A DNA stretch of 64,000 bases, taken from contig DBYK01000003.1 in assembly GCA_002310135.1 (NCBI GenBank), positions 24,939 through 88,938 on the forward strand, written 5' to 3'. Position numbers and translations under genes: made by a program. The stretch's first letter is position 1. The number at the start of each line of letters is the position of its first letter. Below the pieces are notes generated by a model that was given only the letters and a program-made list of their open reading frames with translations, was not told where the DNA came from and ran no database searches. Below are positions 38,366 to 48,787 of this stretch, in pieces. This DNA is from Bacillales bacterium UBA1188. GTDB lineage: Bacteria > Bacillota_I > Bacilli_A > Izemoplasmatales > UBA1188.

Positions 38366-39112
38366 TCAATCCTCCATCTGCCTTCTAAGCTTCTTTAAAG
38401 ACAAATTAATTATTTGTCTTATTCTTTCATGTGAAACATTATATAAGTTAGATATTTCATCTATACTCATCTTCTTTTTTCCAAATACCCCATAATAATG
38501 AGATAATATCTTCTTTTCTTTATCATTTAATATTTCAAATGATAACAATAAAGTATCCAAATCATCATCTATAGATGTGTCATCTTTAATTTCAGATTCG
38601 ATATATAAAGATATACAATCATCTTTTTTGATTTCAACATTCAAAATAGATGATGCAAGATTTTTTAAATCTTCGTGCTCTTCTTTTTCAATTTTCAAAT
38701 ATTCAACTACTTCAATATCGCTAGGATATCTTTTAAGTTTTTTATATAATGCTTTTTCTGCATCAATTAATTTATTCAATTTTTTAGTCATATCTTCTGG
38801 AATAGATGAGGTGGATAGCGCTTCATCATTCGCTTTTTTTATTTTGTTTACTAAATATGTCTTTAAGAAATCTTTGAAATTAATCTTCCTTGATAAATCA
38901 AATATATTTAGTGCATTTAAAAACGCTAAATATGATTCTTGAATTAATTCATCATTAGATAAATAATTTGATTTAACTTTAGATGCAGCATCTTTAATTA
39001 TATCTATATTATCATTTAGAAGAGTCTCTATTATCTTTTCATTTTCAGTTTTGTTTATATCCAATCTTAATTTTAAGATTAAGTCTAAAGTTTCTTTATT
39101 TGTTAGTGCCAT
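38366..39112 (-). CDS. Divergent sigma-70 family factor (second sigma in the rpoD operon)
   Basis: About 248 aa. Region 2 reads DELIQESYLAFLNALNIFD, region 3.0-like reads SSIPEDMTKKLNKL and region 4.2 reads MSIDEISNLYNVSHERIRQIINLSLKKLRR. I place the start at the ATG at 39112, because the track's upstream 18 codons overlap nif3. Confidence 0.65.
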   Translation of the reverse strand: MALTNKETLDLILKLRLDINKTENEKIIETLLNDNIDIIKDAASKVKSNYLSNDELIQESYLAFLNALNIFDLSRKINFKDFLKTYLVNKIKKANDEALSTSSIPEDMTKKLNKLIDAEKALYKKLKRYPSDIEVVEYLKIEKEEHEDLKNLASSILNVEIKKDDCISLYIESEIKDDTSIDDDLDTLLLSFEILNDKEKKILSHYYGVFGKKKMSIDEISNLYNVSHERIRQIINLSLKKLRRQMED

Positions 39113-39119
39113 AATATAC

Positions 39120-39878
39120 CTACATTCTTCTATATGGAATAACATTAGTTTTAGATGTAATAACATTTAATTTATCATCAAGATTCTTTAAATCTTCAGC
39201 AATACAATCTGCGAACCTTATTTCTATGTGATGCCCTACATCTAAAACATTTAAGCCTAATCTTTTAGCTTCTATTCCTTTAGAATAAGTCATATCTCCA
39301 GTGATAAATAAATCTAATTCTTTCTCTTTAGCAGAACTAAAATACTGAGATCCACTTCCTCCAATAATTCCAACTTTTTCTACTACTAAATTAGAAATTC
39401 CATAATAATCACAAGATTCGATATTTAGAACTCTTTTTATATTTTTAACAAAGTCTTCTAAAGAAGACTTATCAATATTTCCATAAACACCAATATTATC
39501 TTCCATAGATAATATTTCTTTATTTTTAAGTCCAATTAAATCTCCTAAATAATCATTCATTTTAACTGAATCAAAATTTGTATGAAGAGAATAATTTGCA
39601 ATATCATATTTTATTAAATCTTTAATAATAGAACCTAGACCTTCATCCAAATTTAAATTAGATAGAGGATGGAATAATAGAGGATGATGAGTGATTATTA
39701 AATCAACATTCTCAAGGATTGCTTCATCCATTACTTCTCTTGTAAGATCTAGTGCGAGTAATACTTTCTTTACATCTTTTTCGTATGAACCAACCATTAA
39801 TCCTACGTTATCGTAGGATGCTTTTAAGTCTATTGGATATAGGTTAGATAAATATGAGGTTAATTCCTTTAATTTCAT
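39120..39878 (-). CDS. Nif3-family dinuclear-metal protein (YqfO/YbgI-like)
   Basis: 252 aa with DLIITHHPLLF and LDVGHH motifs. It follows trmK, as in Bacillus yqfN-yqfO. Confidence 0.8.
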   Translation of the reverse strand: MKLKELTSYLSNLYPIDLKASYDNVGLMVGSYEKDVKKVLLALDLTREVMDEAILENVDLIITHHPLLFHPLSNLNLDEGLGSIIKDLIKYDIANYSLHTNFDSVKMNDYLGDLIGLKNKEILSMEDNIGVYGNIDKSSLEDFVKNIKRVLNIESCDYYGISNLVVEKVGIIGGSGSQYFSSAKEKELDLFITGDMTYSKGIEAKRLGLNVLDVGHHIEIRFADCIAEDLKNLDDKLNVITSKTNVIPYRRM

Positions 39879-40528
39879 TTAATTATCTCCTCTAATTGCT
39901 TAATTTCATTTATTATTGATTCTTTGGATTTAGCTTTATTTTTAGCTTCAGTTAAGATGTTAATCTTCTTTTCGATATATTCAATAAATTCTTTAGGCTT
40001 GTTCTTTAAAATTTTAGGCCCATATTCTAGTTCAGGTTGAGAATATTTAATAATTGAATTTGATTTAATTCCTACAATTATAGGATAAAAATGGCCTTTA
40101 CATTTAATAAATGCTTCATCTATTATCTCATAACCATTATTCATAAGATGACATCTTACAATATTAGAATCATTGTTAGGTTCAAGTATTAAAAGAGGAT
40201 TATTCTTTATAAGAGAAAAATCTAATATATCTTTTATAAGAATTCCTCCCATCCCTGCAATAACAACTGTGTCATATTTAAGGTCAGTAAGATTCTTAAA
40301 GCCATCAGATAGAATTGGGATTATAAAATCAGTTAAGTTATTGGCTTCGATGTTTAGAGTTGCTCTATTAAGAGGACCAATTTTATTATCAACTGCGTAT
40401 ACTATTTTTGTTTTATTCTCTTTAACAAGATAAATAGGTAGTAACGCATGGTCACAACCGATATCTACAACTATTGAATCCTCATTTATAAATGAGGAAA
40501 TAACCTTAAGCCTATAACTGATGTTCAT
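39875..40528 (-). CDS. trmK: tRNA (adenine22-N1)-methyltransferase TrmK
   Basis: 217 aa with the SAM motif VVDIGCDHALLPIYL and VIAGMGG. It lies directly downstream of rpoD. Confidence 0.8.
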   Translation of the reverse strand: MNISYRLKVISSFINEDSIVVDIGCDHALLPIYLVKENKTKIVYAVDNKIGPLNRATLNIEANNLTDFIIPILSDGFKNLTDLKYDTVVIAGMGGILIKDILDFSLIKNNPLLILEPNNDSNIVRCHLMNNGYEIIDEAFIKCKGHFYPIIVGIKSNSIIKYSQPELEYGPKILKNKPKEFIEYIEKKINILTEAKNKAKSKESIINEIKQLEEIIK

Positions 40529-41904
40529 TATTTCATATAATCCCTGAGTTTATTGCTTCTTGACGGATGTCTAAGTTTCCTTAAAGCTTTAGCTTCTATT
40601 TGACGTATTCTTTCTCTTGTAACGCCAAATTCTTTGCCTACTTCTTCTAAAGTTTTAGTTCTTCCATCAATTAGTCCGAATCTCAATTTAATTACTCTTT
40701 CTTCTCTATCTGAAAGATTATTTAGAAGATTATTTAATTCTCTTTTCAATGATTCATTTGCGGTATATTCTTCTGGATTTAAATTTTCATTATCTGGAAC
40801 AAAATCGCCATATGATGAATCATCTTCTTCACCTACTGGGTCTTCTAAAGACTTAGTCTTTTGAGATATCCTTTTAATCATCATCAATTTTTCAAGAGTT
40901 ATTCCCATACAATATGCAAGTTCTTCATAAGTAGGTTTTCTTCCAAGTTCATGAGTTAATTCTCTTTCTCTTTTATTCAATTTATTGATTGTTTCATTCA
41001 TATGAACAGGAATTCTAATAGTTCTTGCTTGATCAGCAATCGCTCTTGTGATAGCTTGTTTAATCCAGCCTGTTGCATAAGTTGAAAACTTATTACCTTT
41101 TGTATAATCAAATTTTAATACAGCTTTAGATAGACCAATAGAACCTTCTTGAATTAAATCAGCGAATTCCATATCTGGATTATTGAAATGTTTCGCAATA
41201 TTAACGACTAATCTTAAATTAGCTTCAGTGAGAGCTTTTCTCGCTTTTTCTCCTTTATCTTGTCTTTTTTGGTATTCTTCAAGTTCTAAATCTGTAAATT
41301 CAACACCTTCATCTAAGAGTCTTTGATGTTCTTCTTTTTCCATCTTTGTATCATAGATGATTTTTGCGATTTCTCTTTCTTTTTCAGGTGTTAAAAGATC
41401 GATTCTACCAATTTCTTTAAGATACATCTTAACTGGGTCTGAAACAACGATTTTTTGGTTAGTTAAAGATGATTGTGAATCGATTAAGTCATCAAAATTA
41501 TCGTATAAAATTATTTCATCGCTCTTTTCTAATGAACTATCTTCATAGAAACTACTGTCATCTAAAGAATCAAAATCAATATCATCTTCATCTTCAAGTT
41601 CTTCTAGTTCCTCATCTAAGTCGCTATCTTTATCTAGTTCATCTAAATATTCTTCTAAGTTATCCTTGTTGTCATTTATATCATCATAATATTGATCGTC
41701 ATCTTGATTTTCCATATCATATGATTCATAGCCATCTTCATCATCAAGTGGTTTAAAACCATCAACGATTCCTTCTTTTTTTAAAATATCTATTATTTCA
41801 ATTCTTTCTGGATCACTACTAGCGTATAACTTATTGAGCTCATCAAGTGGAATATATCCTAACTTTTTAGCTTGTTCATAAATTTTCTTTTGATTTTCAG
41901 TCAT
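40528..41904 (-). CDS. rpoD: Primary RNA polymerase sigma factor
   Basis: 458 aa. Region 2 reads [18 protein letters not shown] and [27 protein letters not shown]. Region 4.2 reads [28 protein letters not shown]. It has a long acidic N-terminal insert. Confidence 0.95.
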   Translation of the reverse strand: MTENQKKIYEQAKKLGYIPLDELNKLYASSDPERIEIIDILKKEGIVDGFKPLDDEDGYESYDMENQDDDQYYDDINDNKDNLEEYLDELDKDSDLDEELEELEDEDDIDFDSLDDSSFYEDSSLEKSDEIILYDNFDDLIDSQSSLTNQKIVVSDPVKMYLKEIGRIDLLTPEKEREIAKIIYDTKMEKEEHQRLLDEGVEFTDLELEEYQKRQDKGEKARKALTEANLRLVVNIAKHFNNPDMEFADLIQEGSIGLSKAVLKFDYTKGNKFSTYATGWIKQAITRAIADQARTIRIPVHMNETINKLNKRERELTHELGRKPTYEELAYCMGITLEKLMMIKRISQKTKSLEDPVGEEDDSSYGDFVPDNENLNPEEYTANESLKRELNNLLNNLSDREERVIKLRFGLIDGRTKTLEEVGKEFGVTRERIRQIEAKALRKLRHPSRSNKLRDYMK

Positions 41905-43640
41905 CTTCTAAACTCCTTTTTTAATTCAATTAATCTTTTTTGAATTTCAATCTTTTCTTCTTTGGATTTCAACCCAGAAAATAATTCGTTTTCACAATTC
42001 TTTATTTCATCTTTAATAAGAGACTTTTTATAATTATTAATGATATTTGTGTTTAAATCATTTATGGAATAATCGATTTTTTCATCAAAGATGAAATCTT
42101 TATATACACCTCTTCTAATAAGTTCTTCTATTAAATCATTTGATTTAAAATTAGAATTTGTGTCATATAAATCTGAAATCTCCACAAATATTTTTCTATA
42201 ATTCTTATTCGTCATGAATGTTATTCTATCAAAGGCATCAATTATCGACTTGTAATAAGAATAATCTTTGATTGAATAATTAATCATGAATTCTTCGGCT
42301 TTATCTTTAATACTCACAATTGAGAATCTTTCATCAACGTTCTTTTTATCTTTTTTAATAGGTTTAAACCTATTAATAAATGATTTATAATCTTCACTTA
42401 TAGATTCATATGAGACTTTTAAATCTATAGATAATCTTTTTAAGTAAACTTCAATAGCAGTTTTGGATGTTTCTCCTTTGATTTTTTCGAATATATCATT
42501 CTTAAAAGACTCTAGATTGAAAGATGAAAGGTTTGGATAATCTAATTTAGTTAGTTCATATAGATATCCAATTTTATCTAGTCTATTTTTAGTAATTTCT
42601 TCTAAATATTTATCTTTTCCATATTTTCTTAGATATTCATCAGGATCAAGGCCATCTTTTAAGATTGTGATAGAATAGTTAACATTTACTTCTTCTAATC
42701 TATTGATACAAGTTTTAACTGCCTTTATACCTGCATCATCACCATCTAAACATATCACAACATTTTTAGTGTATTTAGATATTAATTCAGCTTGTTCTTT
42801 GGTCATACTTGTGCCCATTAACGCAACTGAATTCAAAATTCCAAAAGCATAAGATGAGATAACATCCATATATCCTTCATTTAAGATGAGATAATTAACT
42901 TTACTTAGGCTTCTAATAGCTTTATCTAAATTGAATACAAGTTCACCTTTTCTAAAAATAGTAGTTTCTTTAGAATTCAAATATTTATTTAGTGAAGATG
43001 AATCATCTTTATAAATTCTTCCACCAAAAGCCACAGTTCTTCCTTGTACGTCTCTAATTGGGACAACAATTCTATCTGTGAAGATATCTGTAGTTCCATT
43101 AGAGAGGCCATTTTCTATGATATCTGACATCAAATAACCTTTACTAACTAATGAATTAGTTAAGGCCTTTTCATCGCTTGGAGCAATACCGATTTGATAT
43201 TCTTTTATTGTCTTATCATTTATTCCTCTTTTATTTAAATAATCTCTCGCATCTTTAGATGCATTCTCATCATTCATTAGGAATGTATAAAATTTAGATG
43301 CAAGACCCATTATTTCATAATCTTTTTTTGTTTTATCTTGCTTTTCAGTTAGATATTCTGAAATATCGATATGATATTCATTAGCTAAAAATTTTGTTGC
43401 ATCTATTACTGACAAATGTTTGAATTCTTCAATAAATTTAATAGCATTTCCAGCTTTATGACAAACCCAACACTGAAATATACCTCTTTCACGAGATACA
43501 CTCATAGATGGGTTGTTGTCATCATGAAATGGACAAAGACCGAAAAGATTCTTTCCTTTCGGTTCTAAGTGGACATATTTTGATACAACATCCACAATAT
43601 CTACATTTTCGAGGACTTTTTCAAAAATGTTTGTTGCCAT
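41901..43640 (-). CDS. dnaG: DNA primase
   Basis: 579 aa with a zinc finger ([13 protein letters not shown]...CWVC) and Toprim ([15 protein letters not shown]). It overlaps rpoD by 4 nt. Confidence 0.9.
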   Translation of the reverse strand: MATNIFEKVLENVDIVDVVSKYVHLEPKGKNLFGLCPFHDDNNPSMSVSRERGIFQCWVCHKAGNAIKFIEEFKHLSVIDATKFLANEYHIDISEYLTEKQDKTKKDYEIMGLASKFYTFLMNDENASKDARDYLNKRGINDKTIKEYQIGIAPSDEKALTNSLVSKGYLMSDIIENGLSNGTTDIFTDRIVVPIRDVQGRTVAFGGRIYKDDSSSLNKYLNSKETTIFRKGELVFNLDKAIRSLSKVNYLILNEGYMDVISSYAFGILNSVALMGTSMTKEQAELISKYTKNVVICLDGDDAGIKAVKTCINRLEEVNVNYSITILKDGLDPDEYLRKYGKDKYLEEITKNRLDKIGYLYELTKLDYPNLSSFNLESFKNDIFEKIKGETSKTAIEVYLKRLSIDLKVSYESISEDYKSFINRFKPIKKDKKNVDERFSIVSIKDKAEEFMINYSIKDYSYYKSIIDAFDRITFMTNKNYRKIFVEISDLYDTNSNFKSNDLIEELIRRGVYKDFIFDEKIDYSINDLNTNIINNYKKSLIKDEIKNCENELFSGLKSKEEKIEIQKRLIELKKEFRR

Positions 43641-45019
43641 TAAAAATTAACTCTTTCTCTTAAATAATCCTTTATATCTTCTACTTTTACAATGTCTTGT
43701 TTCATTGTGTCTCTATCTCTTATAGTAACTGTACCATTAGCTAATGTATCGTCATCAATAGTTATAGCGAATGGTGTACCTATTGCATCAGATCTTCTGT
43801 ATCTTTTTCCTATTGCTTGTGTATCATCATATGATACGTTAAATTCTTTACTCAACATTTCGAATACTTCAGTAGCTTTTTCACTGTGAACTTTTTTAAT
43901 TAATGGTAAAACTACAGCTTTATATGGAGCTAAATAAGGATGAAGGTGAAGTATTTCTCTTGTATCGCCATTTTCTAATAGTTCATTCTCGTATGAATTT
44001 AGAATTAAAGCTAAAAATAATCTTCCAACACCTAGTGAAGGTTCAACTACATAAGGAATATATTTTTCATTTGTTTCTGGATCTAAATATTCTAAAGATT
44101 CGCCACTAAATTCCATATGTTTAGATAAATCATAGTTTGTTCTTGAGGCTATTCCCCATAGTTCATCAAAACCCCAAGGATATCTAAACATGATATCTGT
44201 TGTGCCTTTAGAATAAAAAGCGAGTTTTTCTTTTGGGTGATCATATAAAGATAGATTTTCTTCTTTTATTCCTAAATTTGTTAAGAATTTAAATGAAAAA
44301 TCTTTATAATATTCAAACCAATAATTTTCATCCCCAGGTTTTAAGAAGAATTCAAGTTCTAATTGTTCAAATTCTCTCACTCTAAATAGGAAATTACCAG
44401 GAGTAATCTCATTTCTAAATGCTTTTCCTGCTTGGCCTATACCAAATGGTAGTTTTAATCTCATAGCACGTTGAACATTTTTAAAATCAATATATATTCC
44501 TTGAGCTGTTTCAGGTCTTAAATATACAGTTGAAGATGAGTCTTCAACAACACCTTGATTTGTCTTATACATTAAAGAAAATGTTCTAGCTTGTGTCCAA
44601 TCGCTCTTTCCACATACTGGACATTTAACATTATTCTCTTTTATAAATTTATCAATATCTTCTAGTTTCATTCCATCTGCATCTATTGTTCCTTTTGATG
44701 CTTTTTCAACTAGTTTATCAGCTCTTTCTCTATTATGGCAGTTCTTACAATCAACTTTAGGATCGTTAAATGATTGAAGATGTCCTGATGCTTCCCAAAC
44801 TTTAGAATTTAAAATTATAGGAGTATCTAGTCTCACATTGTATTTTGATTCATCAATAAATTTTTTAAACCATGCTTTTTTTATGTTATCTGTAAGGAGT
44901 GCGCCAAGAGGCCCAAAATCCCAGGCATTTGCGAGTCCGCCATATATTTCGCTTCCCGCAAAAACGAAGCCATATCTTTTCGCATAACTTACTAATTCTT
45001 CTAGTGTCATCATAATCAT
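43640..45019 (-). CDS. glyQS: Glycine--tRNA ligase (alpha2 GlyQS type)
   Basis: 459 aa with GFVFAGSEIYGGL, RPETAQG, FRNEITPG and an anticodon-binding C-terminus. Confidence 0.95.
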   Translation of the reverse strand: MIMMTLEELVSYAKRYGFVFAGSEIYGGLANAWDFGPLGALLTDNIKKAWFKKFIDESKYNVRLDTPIILNSKVWEASGHLQSFNDPKVDCKNCHNRERADKLVEKASKGTIDADGMKLEDIDKFIKENNVKCPVCGKSDWTQARTFSLMYKTNQGVVEDSSSTVYLRPETAQGIYIDFKNVQRAMRLKLPFGIGQAGKAFRNEITPGNFLFRVREFEQLELEFFLKPGDENYWFEYYKDFSFKFLTNLGIKEENLSLYDHPKEKLAFYSKGTTDIMFRYPWGFDELWGIASRTNYDLSKHMEFSGESLEYLDPETNEKYIPYVVEPSLGVGRLFLALILNSYENELLENGDTREILHLHPYLAPYKAVVLPLIKKVHSEKATEVFEMLSKEFNVSYDDTQAIGKRYRRSDAIGTPFAITIDDDTLANGTVTIRDRDTMKQDIVKVEDIKDYLRERVNF

Positions 45020-45022
45020 TCC

Positions 45023-45640
45023 CTACCTATTCATTATTTGATTGTATATTTTTTTACTTTTTAAATTGATTCCTAACTCTCTTTTAAAATAATCTATAAA
45101 GAAATTCTCTAAAAGTATTTCATCTATTAAAGAATCATTGTTCATTAATGATTCTATTGATTTAATTATTAAATCACCACATTCATATTCGTTTAAAAGA
45201 TATTCTTTATTAGGGTTTATACCTAAAATCTTTAAGAGTAATAATTCGAACTTAAACAATGTGATTTTTGGATTATTAGATGTTTTAAGTTCATCTAAAG
45301 TGATTAGTATTAAATTATATAATTTAGATTCATCATTGGAATGATTAATCAACTCTAGAATATATTCAATCATTATATTTGAAATTAAATATTTAGATAA
45401 ATCATTCTTGATTTCACTATAATCATCTATTACATTTGCCTCTATCAAAGTTGGAAGTTTAGGGTTTTTTGATGGAACAAAATCAATCAAAGTTAGAGGT
45501 TCTGAAACAGCGAGTTTTTCAGAATTCTTTCTTTTCGCACCTCTTACTAGTAAAGATATTGAACTATCTTTAGAAAGACATGTGATTATATAAGATGTTT
45601 CTTCATAATCTATTCTTCTTAAAACTAAACCCTTAATCAT
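45023..45640 (-). CDS. recO: DNA repair protein RecO (short form without an evident zinc finger)
   Basis: 205 aa with an OB-fold N-terminus (GLVLRRIDYEETS). The position between era and glyQS is conserved. I see no CxxC pairs. Confidence 0.7.
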   Translation of the reverse strand: MIKGLVLRRIDYEETSYIITCLSKDSSISLLVRGAKRKNSEKLAVSEPLTLIDFVPSKNPKLPTLIEANVIDDYSEIKNDLSKYLISNIMIEYILELINHSNDESKLYNLILITLDELKTSNNPKITLFKFELLLLKILGINPNKEYLLNEYECGDLIIKSIESLMNNDSLIDEILLENFFIDYFKRELGINLKSKKIYNQIMNR

Positions 45641-46529
45641 TATTTTCTTCTTTTAATAAACCATAATTCTTGAGTAATTGTGGTCTATCTCTCCACCCTT
45701 CTCTAACTTTAACGAATAATTCCAGATAAATTTTTTGTGACATCAAAGCTTCTATATCTTTTCTCGCTTCAACGCCAATTTTCTTTATCATTTGACCATT
45801 TTTACCAATTATGATTGGTTTTTGACTTTCTTTATCACAAATAATTGATGCGGAGATATGAGTAGACGTTATAGACTCTTTGAATTCATCTATATCAACT
45901 GTAATTGAGTGTGGAATTTCTTCATGAGTTAAATTGATTACTTTTTCTCTAATATATTCAGAAACGATGAATCTTAAAGGCCTATCTGTGAACAAATCTA
46001 CATCGTAAATTGGTTCACCTTCATCTAAGAATTCTTTAATATCTAAAATTAATTTATCGACATTATCTCCTTTTAAAGATGATATACAAACCCTATTAAC
46101 AAAATTATATTCATTCTTAAAACCATCAAGTCTTGAGAAAAAATCAGCTTCATCAATAATTAAATCAGCTTTATTAATTACTAAAAAAGCTGGTGTTTCG
46201 CTTTCTTTAATAATATTGATTATACCTAAATCTGTATCATTAATCCTATCATATGAATTGATGAAATATAGGATTAAATCACTATTCTTAAGACTCCTTC
46301 TTGTCTCCTTCATCATCTCTTTATTCATAAGATTATGAGTCTTATAGATACCTGGAGTATCATAAAAGATGATTTGAGAAGATGAATCATTATAAATGCC
46401 CCTAATAGAGTTCCTTGTAGTTTGAACTTTTGAAGAGGTTATAGATAATTTGAGTTTTAATACTTGATTTAAGAATGTTGATTTGCCAACATTACTTTTG
46501 CCTATGAGTGCAACACTCCCAAATTTCAT
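45633..46529 (-). CDS. era: GTPase Era
   Basis: It has G1 GKSNVGKST, DTPG, NKAD and a KH domain (IIGKNGQMIK). I prefer the ATG at 46529. The track start at 46550 is a TTG that overlaps cdd by 20 nt. Confidence 0.85.
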   Translation of the reverse strand: MKFGSVALIGKSNVGKSTFLNQVLKLKLSITSSKVQTTRNSIRGIYNDSSSQIIFYDTPGIYKTHNLMNKEMMKETRRSLKNSDLILYFINSYDRINDTDLGIINIIKESETPAFLVINKADLIIDEADFFSRLDGFKNEYNFVNRVCISSLKGDNVDKLILDIKEFLDEGEPIYDVDLFTDRPLRFIVSEYIREKVINLTHEEIPHSITVDIDEFKESITSTHISASIICDKESQKPIIIGKNGQMIKKIGVEARKDIEALMSQKIYLELFVKVREGWRDRPQLLKNYGLLKEENND

Positions 46530-46530
46530 A

Positions 46531-46929
46531 TTATAAACTACCTTCGTCAAAAGAATGTGGGAGAAGACTTTCTACTGTATAATATTCAGGTTTTAATAGA
46601 TCATTTACAACTATTACTTCAGTATTTTTGTTTAGAAGTTCTACCATAACCTGTCTACAAGCACCACATGGATAAGGCATTGAATAATTGTTTGGGCTAT
46701 AAATGAGTATTGAAATCATATCTTCTTTTTTATAACCTCTTGAAAGAGCATTGAAAAGTGCGCATCTTTCTGCACAAATTGTTAGAGAAAATGAAGCATT
46801 TTCAATATTCATACCAGTAACAATTTCACCATTTTTCATAAGAATGGCTGCGCTTACTTTGTAGTTCGAATATGGAGTATATGCAAGTTGACTTTGTGCT
46901 TTCGCAGCTTCTAACATTTTGTCAAACAT
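46531..46929 (-). CDS. cdd: Cytidine deaminase
   Basis: 132 aa with zinc ligands CAERCA and PCGACRQ. Confidence 0.9.
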   Translation of the reverse strand: MFDKMLEAAKAQSQLAYTPYSNYKVSAAILMKNGEIVTGMNIENASFSLTICAERCALFNALSRGYKKEDMISILIYSPNNYSMPYPCGACRQVMVELLNKNTEVIVVNDLLKPEYYTVESLLPHSFDEGSL

Positions 46930-46930
46930 C

Positions 46931-47356
46931 TTAAACCCTCCTTAAATTAACTTTATTTAAAATTTTTTCTTGGATAGAAAACATTATTTCTTCTTCATCC
47001 TTATTCATATGATCATAACCTAGACAGTGAAGTGTTCCGTGAACAAGTAAGAAACCAAGTTCTCTATCTAATGAATGGCCATAATCATGAGCCTGTTCTA
47101 AAGCCTTAGGAAAAGAAATTATGATATCTCCAAGTTCACCTTTTTCATCGCTAGGAAAAGACAATACATCAGTTTCTTTATCAACATTTCTAAATTTTAA
47201 ATTGTATGATTTGATTGTATCATTATCAGTAATTAAAACATTTAGAATTCTTCTCTTAAAAACTTTAAGTTCAATAGAAGCTCTAAATACAATCTTTTTG
47301 AATATTTTTTTATAGTCTTCACTATTATATTCATTGATGATGTTGACTTTAATCAT
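46931..47356 (-). CDS. ybeY: rRNA maturation endoribonuclease YbeY
   Basis: 141 aa with the HGTLHCLGYDH metal motif. Confidence 0.9.
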   Translation of the reverse strand: MIKVNIINEYNSEDYKKIFKKIVFRASIELKVFKRRILNVLITDNDTIKSYNLKFRNVDKETDVLSFPSDEKGELGDIIISFPKALEQAHDYGHSLDRELGFLLVHGTLHCLGYDHMNKDEEEIMFSIQEKILNKVNLRRV

Positions 47357-48302
47357 TGTTTAGCCTCTCAATTATTTTTTGAACTAATGGATTTCTAACA
47401 ACATCATTTTTATCGAATTCAACAATTTTAATATTGTTGATATTATTAAGCTTATTTATGGCGTATTTCAGGCCAGAATCATTCTCGTTTATTAGATCAA
47501 TTTGAGTTAAATCTCCTGTAACAATCATCTTCGCGTTGAAGCCTAATCTTGTTAAAAACAACTTAATTTGTTTTTTAGTTGTATTTTGTGCTTCATCTAG
47601 AATAACATAAGCATTATCTAAAGTTCTTCCTCTCATATATGCAAGTGGCGCAATCTCGATAGTACCATTTTCTATGTATTCATCAGTTGTTTTCTTACCA
47701 AGAAGTTCATATAAAGAATCGTATAGTGGAATTAAATATGGATCAACTTTTTCTTTGATTTCTCCAGGTAAATAACCTAGTGATTCACCAGCTTCAACAA
47801 TAGGCCTTGATAATATTATTTTTTGATATTGATTTTGTTTAAATCTTTTAACTGCATCACATACAGCAATATAAGTTTTACCAACTCCTGCAGGACCATA
47901 AGCTAATACAATATCATTTTTGGATATATCTTTAAGATATGATACTTGAGAGAAAGTCTTAGGATAGATTGATTTCCCATTACAAGTTTTAACAATTTCT
48001 TCTCTAGATTTATAAAAATCAATAATTTCTTCTTTATCAACTTTATCGATGATTGATGAAATATAGATTACATCTCTTTCTCTCAATTGAACTTTAATTG
48101 AAGATAATGTGTAAAGGCAACCAAAAACATCTTCAATCTTTCTTGCCAAATCTTTTGATTCAGTATCAACTATAACTTCTTTATTTGATACAATAATCTT
48201 TGTTTGGAAATAGTCAGATAAAGCTTTTAAATTCTTATCAAATTCTCCAAGAATATTATGAAGATGGTTAGATTCTTTTATTATCAATTCAGTTTTATAC
48301 AT
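47349..48302 (-). CDS. phoH: PhoH-family ATPase
   Basis: 317 aa with Walker A GPAGVGKTY and Walker B ILDEAQN. Confidence 0.9.
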   Translation of the reverse strand: MYKTELIIKESNHLHNILGEFDKNLKALSDYFQTKIIVSNKEVIVDTESKDLARKIEDVFGCLYTLSSIKVQLRERDVIYISSIIDKVDKEEIIDFYKSREEIVKTCNGKSIYPKTFSQVSYLKDISKNDIVLAYGPAGVGKTYIAVCDAVKRFKQNQYQKIILSRPIVEAGESLGYLPGEIKEKVDPYLIPLYDSLYELLGKKTTDEYIENGTIEIAPLAYMRGRTLDNAYVILDEAQNTTKKQIKLFLTRLGFNAKMIVTGDLTQIDLINENDSGLKYAINKLNNINNIKIVEFDKNDVVRNPLVQKIIERLNND

Positions 48303-48323
48303 TAATACACCTTTTTCTTAAAT

Positions 48324-48332
48324 ATTATAGCA
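48324..48332 (-). promoter_or_regulatory. Extended -10 element (TGCTATAAT), candidate promoter of the phoH operon
   Basis: On the minus strand TGCTATAAT lies about 10 nt upstream of the AAAGGTG RBS. There is no good -35. In this AT-rich DNA the match could be chance. Confidence 0.35.
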
Positions 48333-48388
48333 TAAAAAATATTAAAAAGAATAGTTTACTATCTTTTTATATAATATTTTTTTGAAAT

Positions 48389-48417
48389 AAAAAAATGCCA
48401 TTGGCATTTTTTTTATC
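48389..48417. terminator. Palindromic terminator after rpsU
   Basis: ATGCCA-T-TGGCAT (48395-48407) is flanked by A7 and T8. It lies 9 nt after the rpsU stop. Confidence 0.6.
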
Positions 48418-48425
48418 TTTAGCAA

Positions 48426-48605
48426 TTAATGAGAGAATTTTCTTTTTCTATTCTCTCTCATTTTTTCTTTACGAGCAACACTAGGTTTGAGGTAAAATTC
48501 TCTTCTTCTGCATTCTTGTAGAGTACCTGTTCTAGATACATCTCTCTTGAAACGACGAAGAGCATCTTCTAAAGATTCATTTTCACGAACTATAGTCTTT
48601 GACAT
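48426..48605 (-). CDS. rpsU: 30S ribosomal protein S21 (absent from the ORF track)
   Basis: The product is [59 protein letters not shown] (59 aa), the classic bS21 sequence. AGAGGTG lies 6 nt upstream. Confidence 0.9.
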   Translation of the reverse strand: MSKTIVRENESLEDALRRFKRDVSRTGTLQECRRREFYLKPSVARKEKMRENRKRKFSH

Positions 48606-48640
48606 TTTTTCACCTCTTTTCTTTTAAAATTACCTTAATA

Positions 48641-48669
48641 ATTATATATTGTGAGATTTGAAATGTAAA
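48641..48669 (-). promoter_or_regulatory. Promoter of rpsU
   Basis: On the minus strand: TTTACA (48669-48664), a 17-nt spacer, then TATAAT (48646-48641). Confidence 0.55.
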
Positions 48670-48739
48670 GAAAAATTATTTAAAATATTTAAATACCCAT
48701 TTTTTCTTATTTAATAGCTTAAATTATCTAACAAAAATA

Positions 48740-48768
48740 TTGTTATATATTTTTAATTTTGTTAAAAT
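48740..48768 (+). promoter_or_regulatory. Candidate promoter of the 202-aa membrane protein gene
   Basis: TTGTTA (48740-48745), a 17-nt spacer ending in TGT, then TAAAAT (48763-48768). It is divergent from the rpsU promoter. Confidence 0.4.
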
Positions 48769-48787
48769 ATTAGAGAGGTATTTTTAT

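Noticed and set aside
39113-39166. N-terminal extensions proposed by the ORF track: sigma-like gene to 39166, ssb to 9657, GH3 to 61173, the 202-aa protein from 48740, hydrolase from 9908, sepF to 12952, aspS to 21618 and era to 46550.
   Set aside because: The extended starts are non-ATG codons or lack an RBS, and they overlap the upstream gene or a promoter. In each case an internal ATG preceded by a GGAGG-like Shine-Dalgarno sequence gives a product that matches family N-termini better.
41469-41756. A His/Leu/Tyr-rich 95-aa ORF antisense to rpoD.
   Set aside because: It mirrors the GAT/GAA-rich acidic insert of rpoD: ATC and TTC codons on the other strand avoid stops. It is a compositional artefact, not a gene.
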